Shown: positions 1-8,060 of the stretch, piece after piece
Layout of the letters: each line of letters opens with the position of its first letter
Position numbering within the stretch: the stretch's first letter is position 1
Assembly: GCA_018697035.1 (NCBI GenBank)
Contig: JABHSE010000004.1
Location: forward strand, 20,211 to 44,210
Origin: an archaeon
GTDB lineage: Archaea; Nanobdellota; Nanobdellia; Pacearchaeales; GW2011-AR1
Length of the DNA stretch: 24,000 nucleotides
Reading direction: 5' to 3'
Made by a program: the position numbers and the translations under genes
Notes under the pieces: generated by a model
The model's input: only the letters and a program-made list of their open reading frames with translations
Databases searched by the model: none
Told to the model about the DNA's origin: nothing

Positions 1-680
1 GTATTGTATTCGGCTTCACCTTCTGAAGTAATTTCGGCTGCTTTCTGATTACGTTCAGCAGACATCCTACCATAAACCGCTGTCCGAACCGCTTCAATAT
101 AATTGACCCGCTTGATTTCAAACCCAATCAGTTCTATACCAAACTCCGCAACCTTAATCTGCGCAGCCGCGAGAATCTTATTAACTACCCCTTCTCGGCC
201 CAATTCAACATCATTAAAGTCTCCAGTTTCACTGAGTTTCCTGTTGGTGCTCCTTACAATATTCGCCAAGCTGGCCTGTTGGACAGCATTCCTGGTAGCC
301 GGGTCAACAATGTCATCAAGCCGACTTAATGCTTCATCCCGAGTTCCAACAACAGTATAATATTTTTTAAGGTCAGCGATGCGCCATCTGGCAAATGTAT
401 CAACATGGATATATTTTTTATCAGCAGTAATCATTTGACCACTCTGTCCATCCCACTCAAGAATTTGTTTCGAGAAGGGTTTGGCGGTATTTAAAAAAGG
501 AGTTTTCCAATGCAAACCAGCATCATTTTTCTCACCGTACTCATTCACCACATCTACCAGTTTACTGAAGCGTGTTATGACCATCTGTTCCGTTTCATGG
601 ACAGTATACAATCCAGAAAACAATATCCCCACGACCAAAACAAAGACAAGGACAGTAACAACAGCAATAGTTTTTTTCAT
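1..680 (-). CDS. hflC: HflC-like SPFH/prohibitin-domain membrane protein (3' part runs off the window)
   Basis: Manual minus-strand reading from ATG at 680 gives MKKTIAVVTVLVFVLVVGILFSGLYTVHETEQMVITRFSKLVDVVNEYGEKNDAGLHWKTPF...ILAAAQIKVAEFGIELIGFEIKRVNYIEAVRTAVYGRMSAERNQKAAEITSEGEAEYN, with no stop to the window edge. N-terminal TM and HflC-like SPFH core. AGGAGG lies just upstream of the ATG. Confidence 0.9.
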   Translation of the reverse strand, partial: MKKTIAVVTVLVFVLVVGILFSGLYTVHETEQMVITRFSKLVDVVNEYGEKNDAGLHWKTPFLNTAKPFSKQILEWDGQSGQMITADKKYIHVDTFARWRIADLKKYYTVVGTRDEALSRLDDIVDPATRNAVQQASLANIVRSTNRKLSETGDFNDVELGREGVVNKILAAAQIKVAEFGIELIGFEIKRVNYIEAVRTAVYGRMSAERNQKAAEITSEGEAEYN

Positions 681-690
681 AGCAATCCTC

Positions 691-1665
691 CTATTTATTC
701 ACGTTAAGTAAGGGTAAGAGACTGTCAAGATTACCGTCTAATATTTTGATACTCTTGGCATTCAGGGCAACGATATCCATTGTCTCATAGTATAGCCGCT
801 GTAATGTAATCTCAGAGGCCTCCAGATACTTAGCATATAACAAGTTGAATTCAACAACATCACCATTCGCCTTATTGACTTTTGCGATTGCATAACCATT
901 TGCTCTTTCAATGGTTGCCTTAGCTTGTCCGGCAGCATTTGGAATAACATCATTATATTCTTTCTGGGCCTGAAAAATACGTTTTTGCTTTGCCTGATCC
1001 GCAATATTGACTGCATTAAAAGACTCTCTCACGGGACCAGGAACATCTGTTTTTTGCATTTCAATTGTGACAATTTGAATCCCGGATTCTGCCTTATTAA
1101 GATCGGCTTGAAGAATTGGGATACCTTCTGCAGCAATTTGCTCCCTTTCCGCAATAATCTCTACAACAGACCGATCTCCGACAATGGCCCTGATAACCTT
1201 TATCGAGGTATCACGTAGTAATTCAAGAGGCTTTTCAACATTGAATAAAAATGCCTTTGGATCTTTGATTTTAAACTGTACCAGCCATGGGGCTACGACA
1301 ACATTCAAGTCGCCAGTCAGCATGAGGGCAGTGCTACCGGTCCCATAGGCTTCTTCTTTAACCGTGGCAGCATTTTGTCCCTTTTTCCTGGATGTGCTAA
1401 AACCGAATTCCGCCTGAAAGACTTTCTTGGTTTTAACTTCTTTCAACTGTTCAATGTATGGTATCTTGAAACCCAGACCAGGATTAACAGTTCGGTTATA
1501 TTTACCGTATCTGGTGATAACACCCTGGGAATCCTGTGCAATGGTAAATGCGCCATTGTATGCAGTAACACCAGCAATCAATACAATAATAACAACAAAT
1601 CCTATTGTAAAATTCTTGCCCGTAATACCAAAATCATCCATAAATTCCTTAATCTTTTCCCACAT
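691..1665 (-). CDS. hflK: HflK-like SPFH/prohibitin-domain membrane protein
   Basis: Track ORF 691..1812, trimmed to internal MWEKIKEFMDDFGITGKNF... preceded by GGAGG. Contains SPFH-like 'QGVITRYGKYNRTVNPGLGFKIPYIEQLKEVKTKKVFQAEFGF' and the start of hflC follows immediately. Confidence 0.85.
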   Translation of the reverse strand: MWEKIKEFMDDFGITGKNFTIGFVVIIVLIAGVTAYNGAFTIAQDSQGVITRYGKYNRTVNPGLGFKIPYIEQLKEVKTKKVFQAEFGFSTSRKKGQNAATVKEEAYGTGSTALMLTGDLNVVVAPWLVQFKIKDPKAFLFNVEKPLELLRDTSIKVIRAIVGDRSVVEIIAEREQIAAEGIPILQADLNKAESGIQIVTIEMQKTDVPGPVRESFNAVNIADQAKQKRIFQAQKEYNDVIPNAAGQAKATIERANGYAIAKVNKANGDVVEFNLLYAKYLEASEITLQRLYYETMDIVALNAKSIKILDGNLDSLLPLLNVNK

Positions 1666-1735
1666 AGTTCTTCCTCCAATAAAAATTAAATTAATTAAAA
1701 AACAAAACTTCCTTCTTCCAAATCCTCCTTCCAAT

Positions 1736-1846
1736 TTAAATTCTAAGTAAATAAGCAATCCCTTTTCCAATAATACAAAGAGCAAATGCGGTAATACTAG
1801 CCATCGCAACAAGCTCTAAAAAACAAGTTCCAACCTTTTTCGCCAT
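1736..1846 (-). CDS. possible 36-aa membrane microprotein upstream of hflK
   Basis: Below the track cutoff. Reads MAKKVGTCFLELVAMASITAFALCIIGKGIAYLLRI*, with AGGAGG about 8 nt upstream of the ATG and one hydrophobic helix. Confidence 0.4.
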   Translation of the reverse strand: MAKKVGTCFLELVAMASITAFALCIIGKGIAYLLRI

Positions 1847-2147
1847 CACATACCTCCTATCTTCGGCTAAAAGTCAGCAGAAAGTCCCACCTACGATCGA
1901 AACCAAAAGTCCAAATATATCAAAGCATTACGCTTCAACAACCTATTCCACTCGTTCAAACACCAAAGGGTATTCCAACAAACAAAATATGAACTACTAT
2001 GCACAATCTTTGGAAGTCGACATCGTTAGATGAGTTATTTCTGTATTCTTTATTTGTGTGTGTGCTGTTATATATGTTATAAAAAATCAAACAATTCCCC
2101 TTTAAAAATCTTTACAATTGTAGCAATTTTCTAGTGATAACAATAAA

Positions 2148-2501
2148 TCACTTCCCCAAAAACCTATCACAAAAATACCCAACCAAACTCTCACAATCAT
2201 ACCTCACATCCCCACCAATCTCCGCTTGCAGCCAATCAAAATAATCCCCACTCTCTTCATCATACGCAATATATTCAACAGCCGAACTCCGAACAACCCT
2301 ATCGGTTTCCCAGCAAAAATACATAGGAAAAGAATATTTCCCACCCTCATAAGTCGCCATACTCAAATCAACAACACTATCGGGAAACTCAGTCGACAAC
2401 TCATGAACCATACCCAAAACCTCCCTAACCTGATCCGGCATCTCAACATCAACCTTCCCCTCAATAACATCAACCAACATCTCAATTCCCTTGACCTTCA
2501 T
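2148..2501 (-). CDS. hypothetical protein, 117 aa
   Basis: Complete ORF with host-like T/G third positions; overlaps the next ORF by 4 nt (ATGA). Confidence 0.7.
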   Translation of the reverse strand: MKVKGIEMLVDVIEGKVDVEMPDQVREVLGMVHELSTEFPDSVVDLSMATYEGGKYSFPMYFCWETDRVVRSSAVEYIAYDEESGDYFDWLQAEIGGDVRYDCESLVGYFCDRFLGK

Positions 2502-3007
2502 CTCCTATTCAACCTCCCCCAAACCGCCTCAAGCTCAACCGGAACCTCATCCGGAAAAAAACCATAAAACGAAGAAGACAAAGTAGGGAAAGAATCCACA
2601 GTTCGAATCTTAATCCACTCACACAATCTATTTTTTATTTCTCCCTCAAAACTAAATTTCTCATCCAAAAAAAATTGATAATTGGCCTCCCTCACAAAAA
2701 CATCCTCACTTCCCCGTCCCATAGTCAAAGTCTGTATCTCATCCACCACAGACGAACCAGCAAGCCCAGTCTCCTCTCTCACAATACTATCTATCTCCTG
2801 AATACTCTTCACCGGCTTAACTTTCCCAAAAGAAAAAAATCCACCCTTCCTCTCATCAACCTTAATAGAATAGTCATGAAAAGTAGTATAGGTAGAAACA
2901 GAATTACTAACCCCCAAACGATACTTCTCCAAAGAAACGCCCTCAATACTATTCAAAACATCCCCAACCTTTCCATAAACTTTAATTCTTTCTTGTAAAA
3001 TATTCAT
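2498..3007 (-). CDS. hypothetical protein, 169 aa
   Basis: Complete ORF with host-like codon bias, translationally coupled to the 2148..2501 ORF. Confidence 0.7.
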   Translation of the reverse strand: MNILQERIKVYGKVGDVLNSIEGVSLEKYRLGVSNSVSTYTTFHDYSIKVDERKGGFFSFGKVKPVKSIQEIDSIVREETGLAGSSVVDEIQTLTMGRGSEDVFVREANYQFFLDEKFSFEGEIKNRLCEWIKIRTVDSFPTLSSSFYGFFPDEVPVELEAVWGRLNRR

Positions 3008-3042
3008 TTCAATTTAACCTCATAATCTCGACCCATTCTCCC

Positions 3043-4257
3043 CTAAGTACAAGACCCATCAGTCTTGCAATAAACCTGATTACTCTCCTGCCCCAAACAC
3101 TTCAAGCAACCATCAACTTGATAAGTAAAATCGTGATCACGATCAGTCCAATTAACAATCGGTCCCATTCTATGTAAACCATGATAAGTATTCTGACAAG
3201 CAAACCTTCTATTACCCTGCTGACTCTCAGGCTTCCCAAAAAATTGATAATCTCCTTCCCTTCCAAAAATCTCCGGATGATCCTCCTCCACATCATACAT
3301 CCAATCCTCCCCATAATCCTCCCCAGGAATATCCAAATCAAACTTAAGCGCCACTCCCTCCAAGCTCCGAATAGAAATATTAGATTCAATCCCATTATCT
3401 TTAACAAACTGAGAAACAACATCTCTATACTCTTCAACATTCATCACCTTACCTTTATCCCCCTCATATCTCTGCTCTGCATGTATCATCGAATCAAAAG
3501 CCGGACTATCAAAATGAGGCTCATTACAATAAAACATCTGAAAAAATGGCCTATGCGCAGAGCTATCACTACATATAGTCCTACCAAATCCAACTCCACT
3601 ATACTGACTAGATTTAAGATCCAAACTAGTAACTTTAGGCCCACTATCCATACCACCCCCAGTCATAACATGAATAGGAATTAACCAATCACTTAAATCG
3701 ACACCACCCAAAAAATTCATATGTTCGTTACATCCCCCACACTTAGGCCATAAATTAGAAACAACCTCCAAAGGCGTCTTTCCCCCAGAATGCTGAAATC
3801 TATAAGTATACCTAAAATCCGGAACACCTCCAAATTTAGATCCCTCAATAGGATCCACATCCAAAGCTCCAGAAAGGTTAGTATCAAGACGATAAGCCAA
3901 AGGATAAATCCCTTCTCCATTAACTTCTCTCAAAATCCCTTGCGCCAAATCCCACTGCTTCACCCACTCTCTAGAATTCGCCTCAAGTGCCTCAGCTCTA
4001 TTTTCTCCAATCTTCGCAAGAAGTTCTTTCTTAATTTTTTCAGGATATCCATCACGAATAAAACGCGCCTCATTAAAATCAGTCTCACTAAAATCTAAAG
4101 GCCCTCTCCGAATATGCCTAACTATATGAGGATTCCATTCATCCAAAACTGTTTTTTGAGGAAAAGTAAATTTATCCTGATTCATTCTAGGTTTCCAAGA
4201 ATATAACAATTTAAAAACGTTTGCTAAAGTAGTAATTCCAAAGTAATAACAACTCAA
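3043..4257 (-). CDS. hypothetical protein with Cys-rich motifs, possibly YwqG/DUF1963-like
   Basis: Contains 'SKFGGVPDF...LWPKCGGCNEHMNFLGGVDL', which resembles the GG-P...C..C..pM.FL.Q.D pattern of YwqG/DUF1963 proteins, plus a C-terminal 'CLKCLGQ...YCKTDGSC'. The true start may be M25 (MNQDKFTF). Confidence 0.65.
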   Translation of the reverse strand: MSCYYFGITTLANVFKLLYSWKPRMNQDKFTFPQKTVLDEWNPHIVRHIRRGPLDFSETDFNEARFIRDGYPEKIKKELLAKIGENRAEALEANSREWVKQWDLAQGILREVNGEGIYPLAYRLDTNLSGALDVDPIEGSKFGGVPDFRYTYRFQHSGGKTPLEVVSNLWPKCGGCNEHMNFLGGVDLSDWLIPIHVMTGGGMDSGPKVTSLDLKSSQYSGVGFGRTICSDSSAHRPFFQMFYCNEPHFDSPAFDSMIHAEQRYEGDKGKVMNVEEYRDVVSQFVKDNGIESNISIRSLEGVALKFDLDIPGEDYGEDWMYDVEEDHPEIFGREGDYQFFGKPESQQGNRRFACQNTYHGLHRMGPIVNWTDRDHDFTYQVDGCLKCLGQESNQVYCKTDGSCT

Positions 4258-4313
4258 CTATCTTTCTCATGAAATATAATAGTAAACCATACTCATAAAA
4301 TTTATATTCTTAC

Positions 4314-4559
4314 CTACCGCTGATCCTTCCGAAACTTAATAACAGTCAAAACATATCCAACCAACTTAAATCCATACTTACTCCCCAAAGCATCAACCAA
4401 ATCCTCACCAATCTTCTTCGCCTCACCCTTATCCCGACAAGCCGACTTCAAAATCGAAATCTTAACCATCCCCTCATTCTCAAAAACACTCCTAACCTGC
4501 TCAACAAATGCATCGCTAAGTCCCGCCTTCCCCATCTGCAACTGCCTAATTGGTTTCAT
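4314..4559 (-). CDS. CRM/YhbY-domain RNA-binding protein
   Basis: 81 aa: 'KPIRQLQMGKAGLSDAFVEQVRSVFENEGMVKISILKSACRDKGEAKKIGEDLVDALGSKYGFKLVGYVLTVIKFRK' matches the small YhbY/CRM-domain pattern. Confidence 0.8.
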   Translation of the reverse strand: MKPIRQLQMGKAGLSDAFVEQVRSVFENEGMVKISILKSACRDKGEAKKIGEDLVDALGSKYGFKLVGYVLTVIKFRKDQR

Positions 4560-4929
4560 TCAACATCTCCTCAAATTTCAAAATATCAGCCTTCTTAACC
4601 TTAACCCTCTCCTGCTTCTTAACTCCCCAAGTCCCACTCTTCATCTTCCTATCCTTCTCCATATCACACCGCCTAAAAACATTAACCGAAACATCCCGCT
4701 TCGAATCCCGCCAGTCCTGAGAAAACTTAGCACAAAAAACCGCAGCCTCTTTCAAGTCAACCTTAGAAGCAGAGTCTCCAATATTAACAAACGGACTCCC
4801 AGGCGCAGACGTATGAAGCATCACATCATTAGGCCCAGCTTCAAGAACCAATTTATCATTATTCTCAGCATCCCGCCCACCAAAAACCGTCTTTCCACTA
4901 CCCACAACAAACTCCCGAAAATTAACCAT
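4546..4929 (-). CDS. standalone NFACT-R (DUF814-like) RNA-binding domain protein
   Basis: 'FREFVVGSGKTVFGGRDAENNDKLVLEAGPNDVMLHTSAPGSPFVNIG...CAKFSQDWRDSKRDVSVNVFRRCDMEKDRKMKSGTWGVKKQERVKVKK' resembles the C-terminal NFACT-R domain of NEMF/Rqc2-type proteins. Confidence 0.75.
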   Translation of the reverse strand: MVNFREFVVGSGKTVFGGRDAENNDKLVLEAGPNDVMLHTSAPGSPFVNIGDSASKVDLKEAAVFCAKFSQDWRDSKRDVSVNVFRRCDMEKDRKMKSGTWGVKKQERVKVKKADILKFEEMLNETN

Positions 4930-5011
4930 AACAAACCAACCAATCCTAACTTTAAAAATTTAACACTATAACATAGACAATATTTAAAAACAATATTCAA
5001 CTCCCTAAGAC

Positions 5012-6472
5012 ATGAAAAAAGAGGCATTAATCCTGACCCTGTCGATAACATTCTCACTATTCCTATCCCTCGCCTCCGCATCAATGATAACAATCCAAGA
5101 CGACAAAAGCCTCAACGAAGGAGACACTTGGTACGTCGGAGAAGGATATAGTATCAAAATAACAAGTATAGACACAACCGCACAAATCAGCTTCAGCCTA
5201 GACGGAAACGAACTAGAAAGCCAAACCCTATCACAAGGAGAATTCTACACCTACTCAAACGTCTTCAACACAACCATAGAATCAATATCAGCAGGAAGCG
5301 TATCACTCAAAAACTCCTCAATGAACTCAGACACAATAGGAGCAACAGTTCCCTCCATGACAAAAATACAAAGTGCGGGAATATCAGGGAGCACACTAAC
5401 AGAAGGACAAATCTGGTACGTCAGCGGAGGATACAGTGTATACGCCAACGACATAGACATGGACTCGAACCCAAAATCAGCACAAATCATCCTACTAAAA
5501 GATTGCACACAAGTCAAAGAAGAACTAGTAAACGAGGGCGAAAATATAGATTACAACGGAGAATTCATTGCAAAAGTAAATACGCTGTCAGGAACAACCG
5601 AAAAAACAATAAAATTCTCAGACACATCCCTCTCTCCCTCTTTCTCAGTGCATAGCACAGGGTATCAAACTTGCGTAATCACCTGCACAGAAGATTGGAG
5701 CTGCGAAACTTGGACCGAATGCTCGTCCGAACAACAAACAAGAGAATGCACAGATTCAAACACATGCGGGACAACCAACACTAAACCAGAAGTAACTCAG
5801 GCATGCACTTCCACTCCCATCGCAACATGTACCGAAGATTGGAATTGTACAGAATGGACTGAATGTATAAATAACGAACAAACAAAAGAATGCACGGACT
5901 CAAATTCCTGCGGAACAACAGACAGTAGGCCAGAAGTAACTCAAGCCTGTAATTATGAAACAGATATACCAGCCCCAGAAGGAGAGGTCTATCCTGAAAA
6001 TCAATTAGCAGATACAACTCTACAACAGAATACAACAAGCCAGAATACTCCGATGAAAGAAAAAATCACTTCCCAAATATTCGAAGTAACAATTCAAGAT
6101 GAAAAAATATCCCTAGAGAAATTCTCAAATGGAGTAAACGTAATAAACACAAGTCTCAACTACATAAAAACACCACTGAACATCATAATGAAATCATCAA
6201 AGCTCTATGTGAACTTATCAGGAGAAGAGATAGAAATGAAAATTTCCCCAGAGCAAGCGGTTGAAAATTCTCTTATATTAGGAAACATAGAAAACGTGGG
6301 AATTACAAAACACAATAAAAGAGCAGTCTATTCGGTCACTGGAACAGAGAAAGTAAAACTATTCTTTATCTTCCCAGTCCTATCCGGAATCGAGGCAAAA
6401 GTAGATATCGAAACAGGAGAAATTCTTAAAGTAGAAAGATCATGGTGGCACTTTCTAACATCCAGTATCTAA
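5012..6472 (+). CDS. secreted/surface protein with two thrombospondin-type-1-like Cys repeats
   Basis: 486 aa with a signal peptide (MKKEALILTLSITFSLFLSLASA). It has two N-terminal Ig-like stretches (GDTWYVGEGYS.../GQIWYVSGGYS...) and two 41-aa six-Cys repeats (CTEDWSCETWTECSS.../CTEDWNCTEWTECIN...). Confidence 0.85.
   Translation: MKKEALILTLSITFSLFLSLASASMITIQDDKSLNEGDTWYVGEGYSIKITSIDTTAQISFSLDGNELESQTLSQGEFYTYSNVFNTTIESISAGSVSLKNSSMNSDTIGATVPSMTKIQSAGISGSTLTEGQIWYVSGGYSVYANDIDMDSNPKSAQIILLKDCTQVKEELVNEGENIDYNGEFIAKVNTLSGTTEKTIKFSDTSLSPSFSVHSTGYQTCVITCTEDWSCETWTECSSEQQTRECTDSNTCGTTNTKPEVTQACTSTPIATCTEDWNCTEWTECINNEQTKECTDSNSCGTTDSRPEVTQACNYETDIPAPEGEVYPENQLADTTLQQNTTSQNTPMKEKITSQIFEVTIQDEKISLEKFSNGVNVINTSLNYIKTPLNIIMKSSKLYVNLSGEEIEMKISPEQAVENSLILGNIENVGITKHNKRAVYSVTGTEKVKLFFIFPVLSGIEAKVDIETGEILKVERSWWHFLTSSI
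5684..5806 (+). repeat. TSP1-like repeat 1 (41 aa)
   Basis: CTEDWSCETWTECSSEQQTRECTDSNTCGTTNTKPEVTQAC; 29/41 identical to repeat 2. Confidence 0.85.
5828..5950 (+). repeat. TSP1-like repeat 2 (41 aa)
   Basis: CTEDWNCTEWTECINNEQTKECTDSNSCGTTDSRPEVTQAC. Confidence 0.85.
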
Positions 6473-6488
6473 TAAAAAAATTCAACAT

Positions 6489-6803
6489 TTAAAGATTTAA
6501 TCGCTCTTCATGTTTCTTCAAGGCATAAGTAGCAATGGACATATAAAAACCAAGCCCGCAAGGAGAACCCTCTCCACGAGATACCCCAGCAAATCTAGAG
6601 AAATCATTATCATTATCAGCATAATTAGACAATTGAAGAATGGCAGCCTGTTCTTCAGGAGATAACTCAGATTTCACTCTTAAAGAAATGTCTTTCCACC
6701 CATCACGATTCTCCACAACACCAGAAACACTCCTGGCGACAACATCATAAAAATTCTTAAGCTCAATTCCAAGAACATCAAAAGGATTACTTTCGGCAGT
6801 CAT
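6489..6803 (-). CDS. hypothetical protein, 104 aa
   Basis: Complete ORF whose start abuts the FKBP stop (6804); shares the minus-strand gene run. Confidence 0.6.
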   Translation of the reverse strand: MTAESNPFDVLGIELKNFYDVVARSVSGVVENRDGWKDISLRVKSELSPEEQAAILQLSNYADNDNDFSRFAGVSRGEGSPCGLGFYMSIATYALKKHEERLNL

Positions 6804-7226
6804 TTACAGAACCTCAACAATCTTAATCCAAAACACAAGTGTCTTTCCAGCCATAGGATGATTCATATCAATAGTAGCTTCTTTTTCATCAATTTTGGTA
6901 ATCTTAGCCGGAATCTGTTGCCCATTAGGTAAAGGCACTCCGATCATCATTCCTTCCTTCGCCTCAGTCGGAAACTTATCCCTAGGCACCTTCTGCACAG
7001 CCCTCTCGTCAGGCATCCCATAAGCCTCCTCGGGTTTCAAGGTAAAAGTCTTCTCCTCGCCAACATCCATCCCAATCACAGCAGCATCAAACCCAGGAAC
7101 AACCATACCAGCACCAGCCTCAAACTCCAACGGCTGCCCATGCTTCTCACTCGCATCAAAAACCTCACCGTCCTCAAAACTACCCCTATACTCAACCTTA
7201 ATCTTACTACCTTTTTCAACTACCAT
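6804..7226 (-). CDS. FKBP-type (SlyD-like) peptidyl-prolyl isomerase
   Basis: Track ORF 6804..7283. Internal start MVVEKGSKIKVEYRGSFEDGEVFDAS...VVPGFDAAVIGMDVGEEKTFTLKPEEAYG is typical of short-type archaeal FKBP/SlyD. Confidence 0.9.
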   Translation of the reverse strand: MVVEKGSKIKVEYRGSFEDGEVFDASEKHGQPLEFEAGAGMVVPGFDAAVIGMDVGEEKTFTLKPEEAYGMPDERAVQKVPRDKFPTEAKEGMMIGVPLPNGQQIPAKITKIDEKEATIDMNHPMAGKTLVFWIKIVEVL

Positions 7227-7387
7227 ACAAAACCCTGGAAATTTTCCCTTATAAGTTTTTCTACTTTCAAAAATATAATACAAAACAATTTCAATTCTTA
7301 AACGATTTAGACAAGGCGAAAAGTTGTGAAGCGTACAGGCGTACGTAAGCGTTTTTTTAACGAAGTATAAACCATTAAGAATTTAAA

Positions 7388-8011
7388 TTAAAAATCATCA
7401 TCAGTGCCATCTTCCTTAGCCTTCTTCGCAATCTCCTTAATCCTCTTAAGAGCAGCCCTAACGTTCTTATTCAACTGAATCATAGAGTCATCCAACTGCG
7501 CCTTATTCTTAGTCCCAGTACAAACCAACTTCCCATTACTAAACAATAAAAACGTAGCAGTAGGCGCCTCCAACTTGTAAACCAAACCAGGAAACTGCTC
7601 CGGTTCATATTCAGTATTCTCCAACTCCAAAGACAAAGTATTCAAATTCAAATCCAAATCAATGGCACCCGAAGCAACAATATTCTGCACCGTAATCTTC
7701 GGCTTAATCGTAACCTTAACCCCAATCTTCCTCAGCTGTTTAATAACTTGACCAACAACATCCCTAACCTGCGAAACAGACTTGGTCCCAGTACAAACCA
7801 AATTCCCTGAACTAAATACTAACACAGCCGACTTAGGCTCCTTAACTCTCAAGACAAGCCCAGGAAAAGTATCAGGATTATATTCAGTATTAGGCTGAGT
7901 CCGAGCAAGTTTAGTCAAACTAACTTCCTTTTCTAATGATGTCGTAGCTACAATATTCTGCACCTTCAACTTCGTATCCTTCCGAGAAACAACTTTTTTC
8001 GCTACTACCAT
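7388..8011 (-). CDS. tbp: TATA-box-binding protein
   Basis: Two pseudo-symmetric repeats 'VQNIVATTSL...EYNPDTFPGLVLRVKEPKSAVLVFSSGNLVCTGTKS' and 'VQNIVASGAI...EYEPEQFPGLVYKLEAPTATFLLFSNGKLVCTGTKN'. Confidence 0.98.
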   Translation of the reverse strand: MVVAKKVVSRKDTKLKVQNIVATTSLEKEVSLTKLARTQPNTEYNPDTFPGLVLRVKEPKSAVLVFSSGNLVCTGTKSVSQVRDVVGQVIKQLRKIGVKVTIKPKITVQNIVASGAIDLDLNLNTLSLELENTEYEPEQFPGLVYKLEAPTATFLLFSNGKLVCTGTKNKAQLDDSMIQLNKNVRAALKRIKEIAKKAKEDGTDDDF

Positions 8012-8060
8012 ATAACACTATAATTATTTTCTTTTATAAAGGCTTTGATATACTCGAAAA

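Noticed and set aside
103-711. Track ORFs 103..360, 481..711 and 510..707
   Set aside because: They overlap the clearly coding HflC reading frame (1..680, minus), which the track omitted because it runs off the window edge.
925-1750. Track ORFs 925..1218, 762..1016, 1375..1689 and 1427..1750
   Set aside because: Alternative frames of the HflK gene (691..1665, minus) with no recognisable domain.
3181-3684. 167-aa plus-strand ORF opposite the 404-aa gene, and similar long shadows (8238..8582, 8793..9137, 11688..12101, 15752..16375, 18342..18911, 19731..20135)
   Set aside because: Repetitive low-complexity translations (I/L/N/T/P/R-rich) exactly antisense to, or out of frame with, well-supported genes. 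The strand skew depletes stops in these frames.
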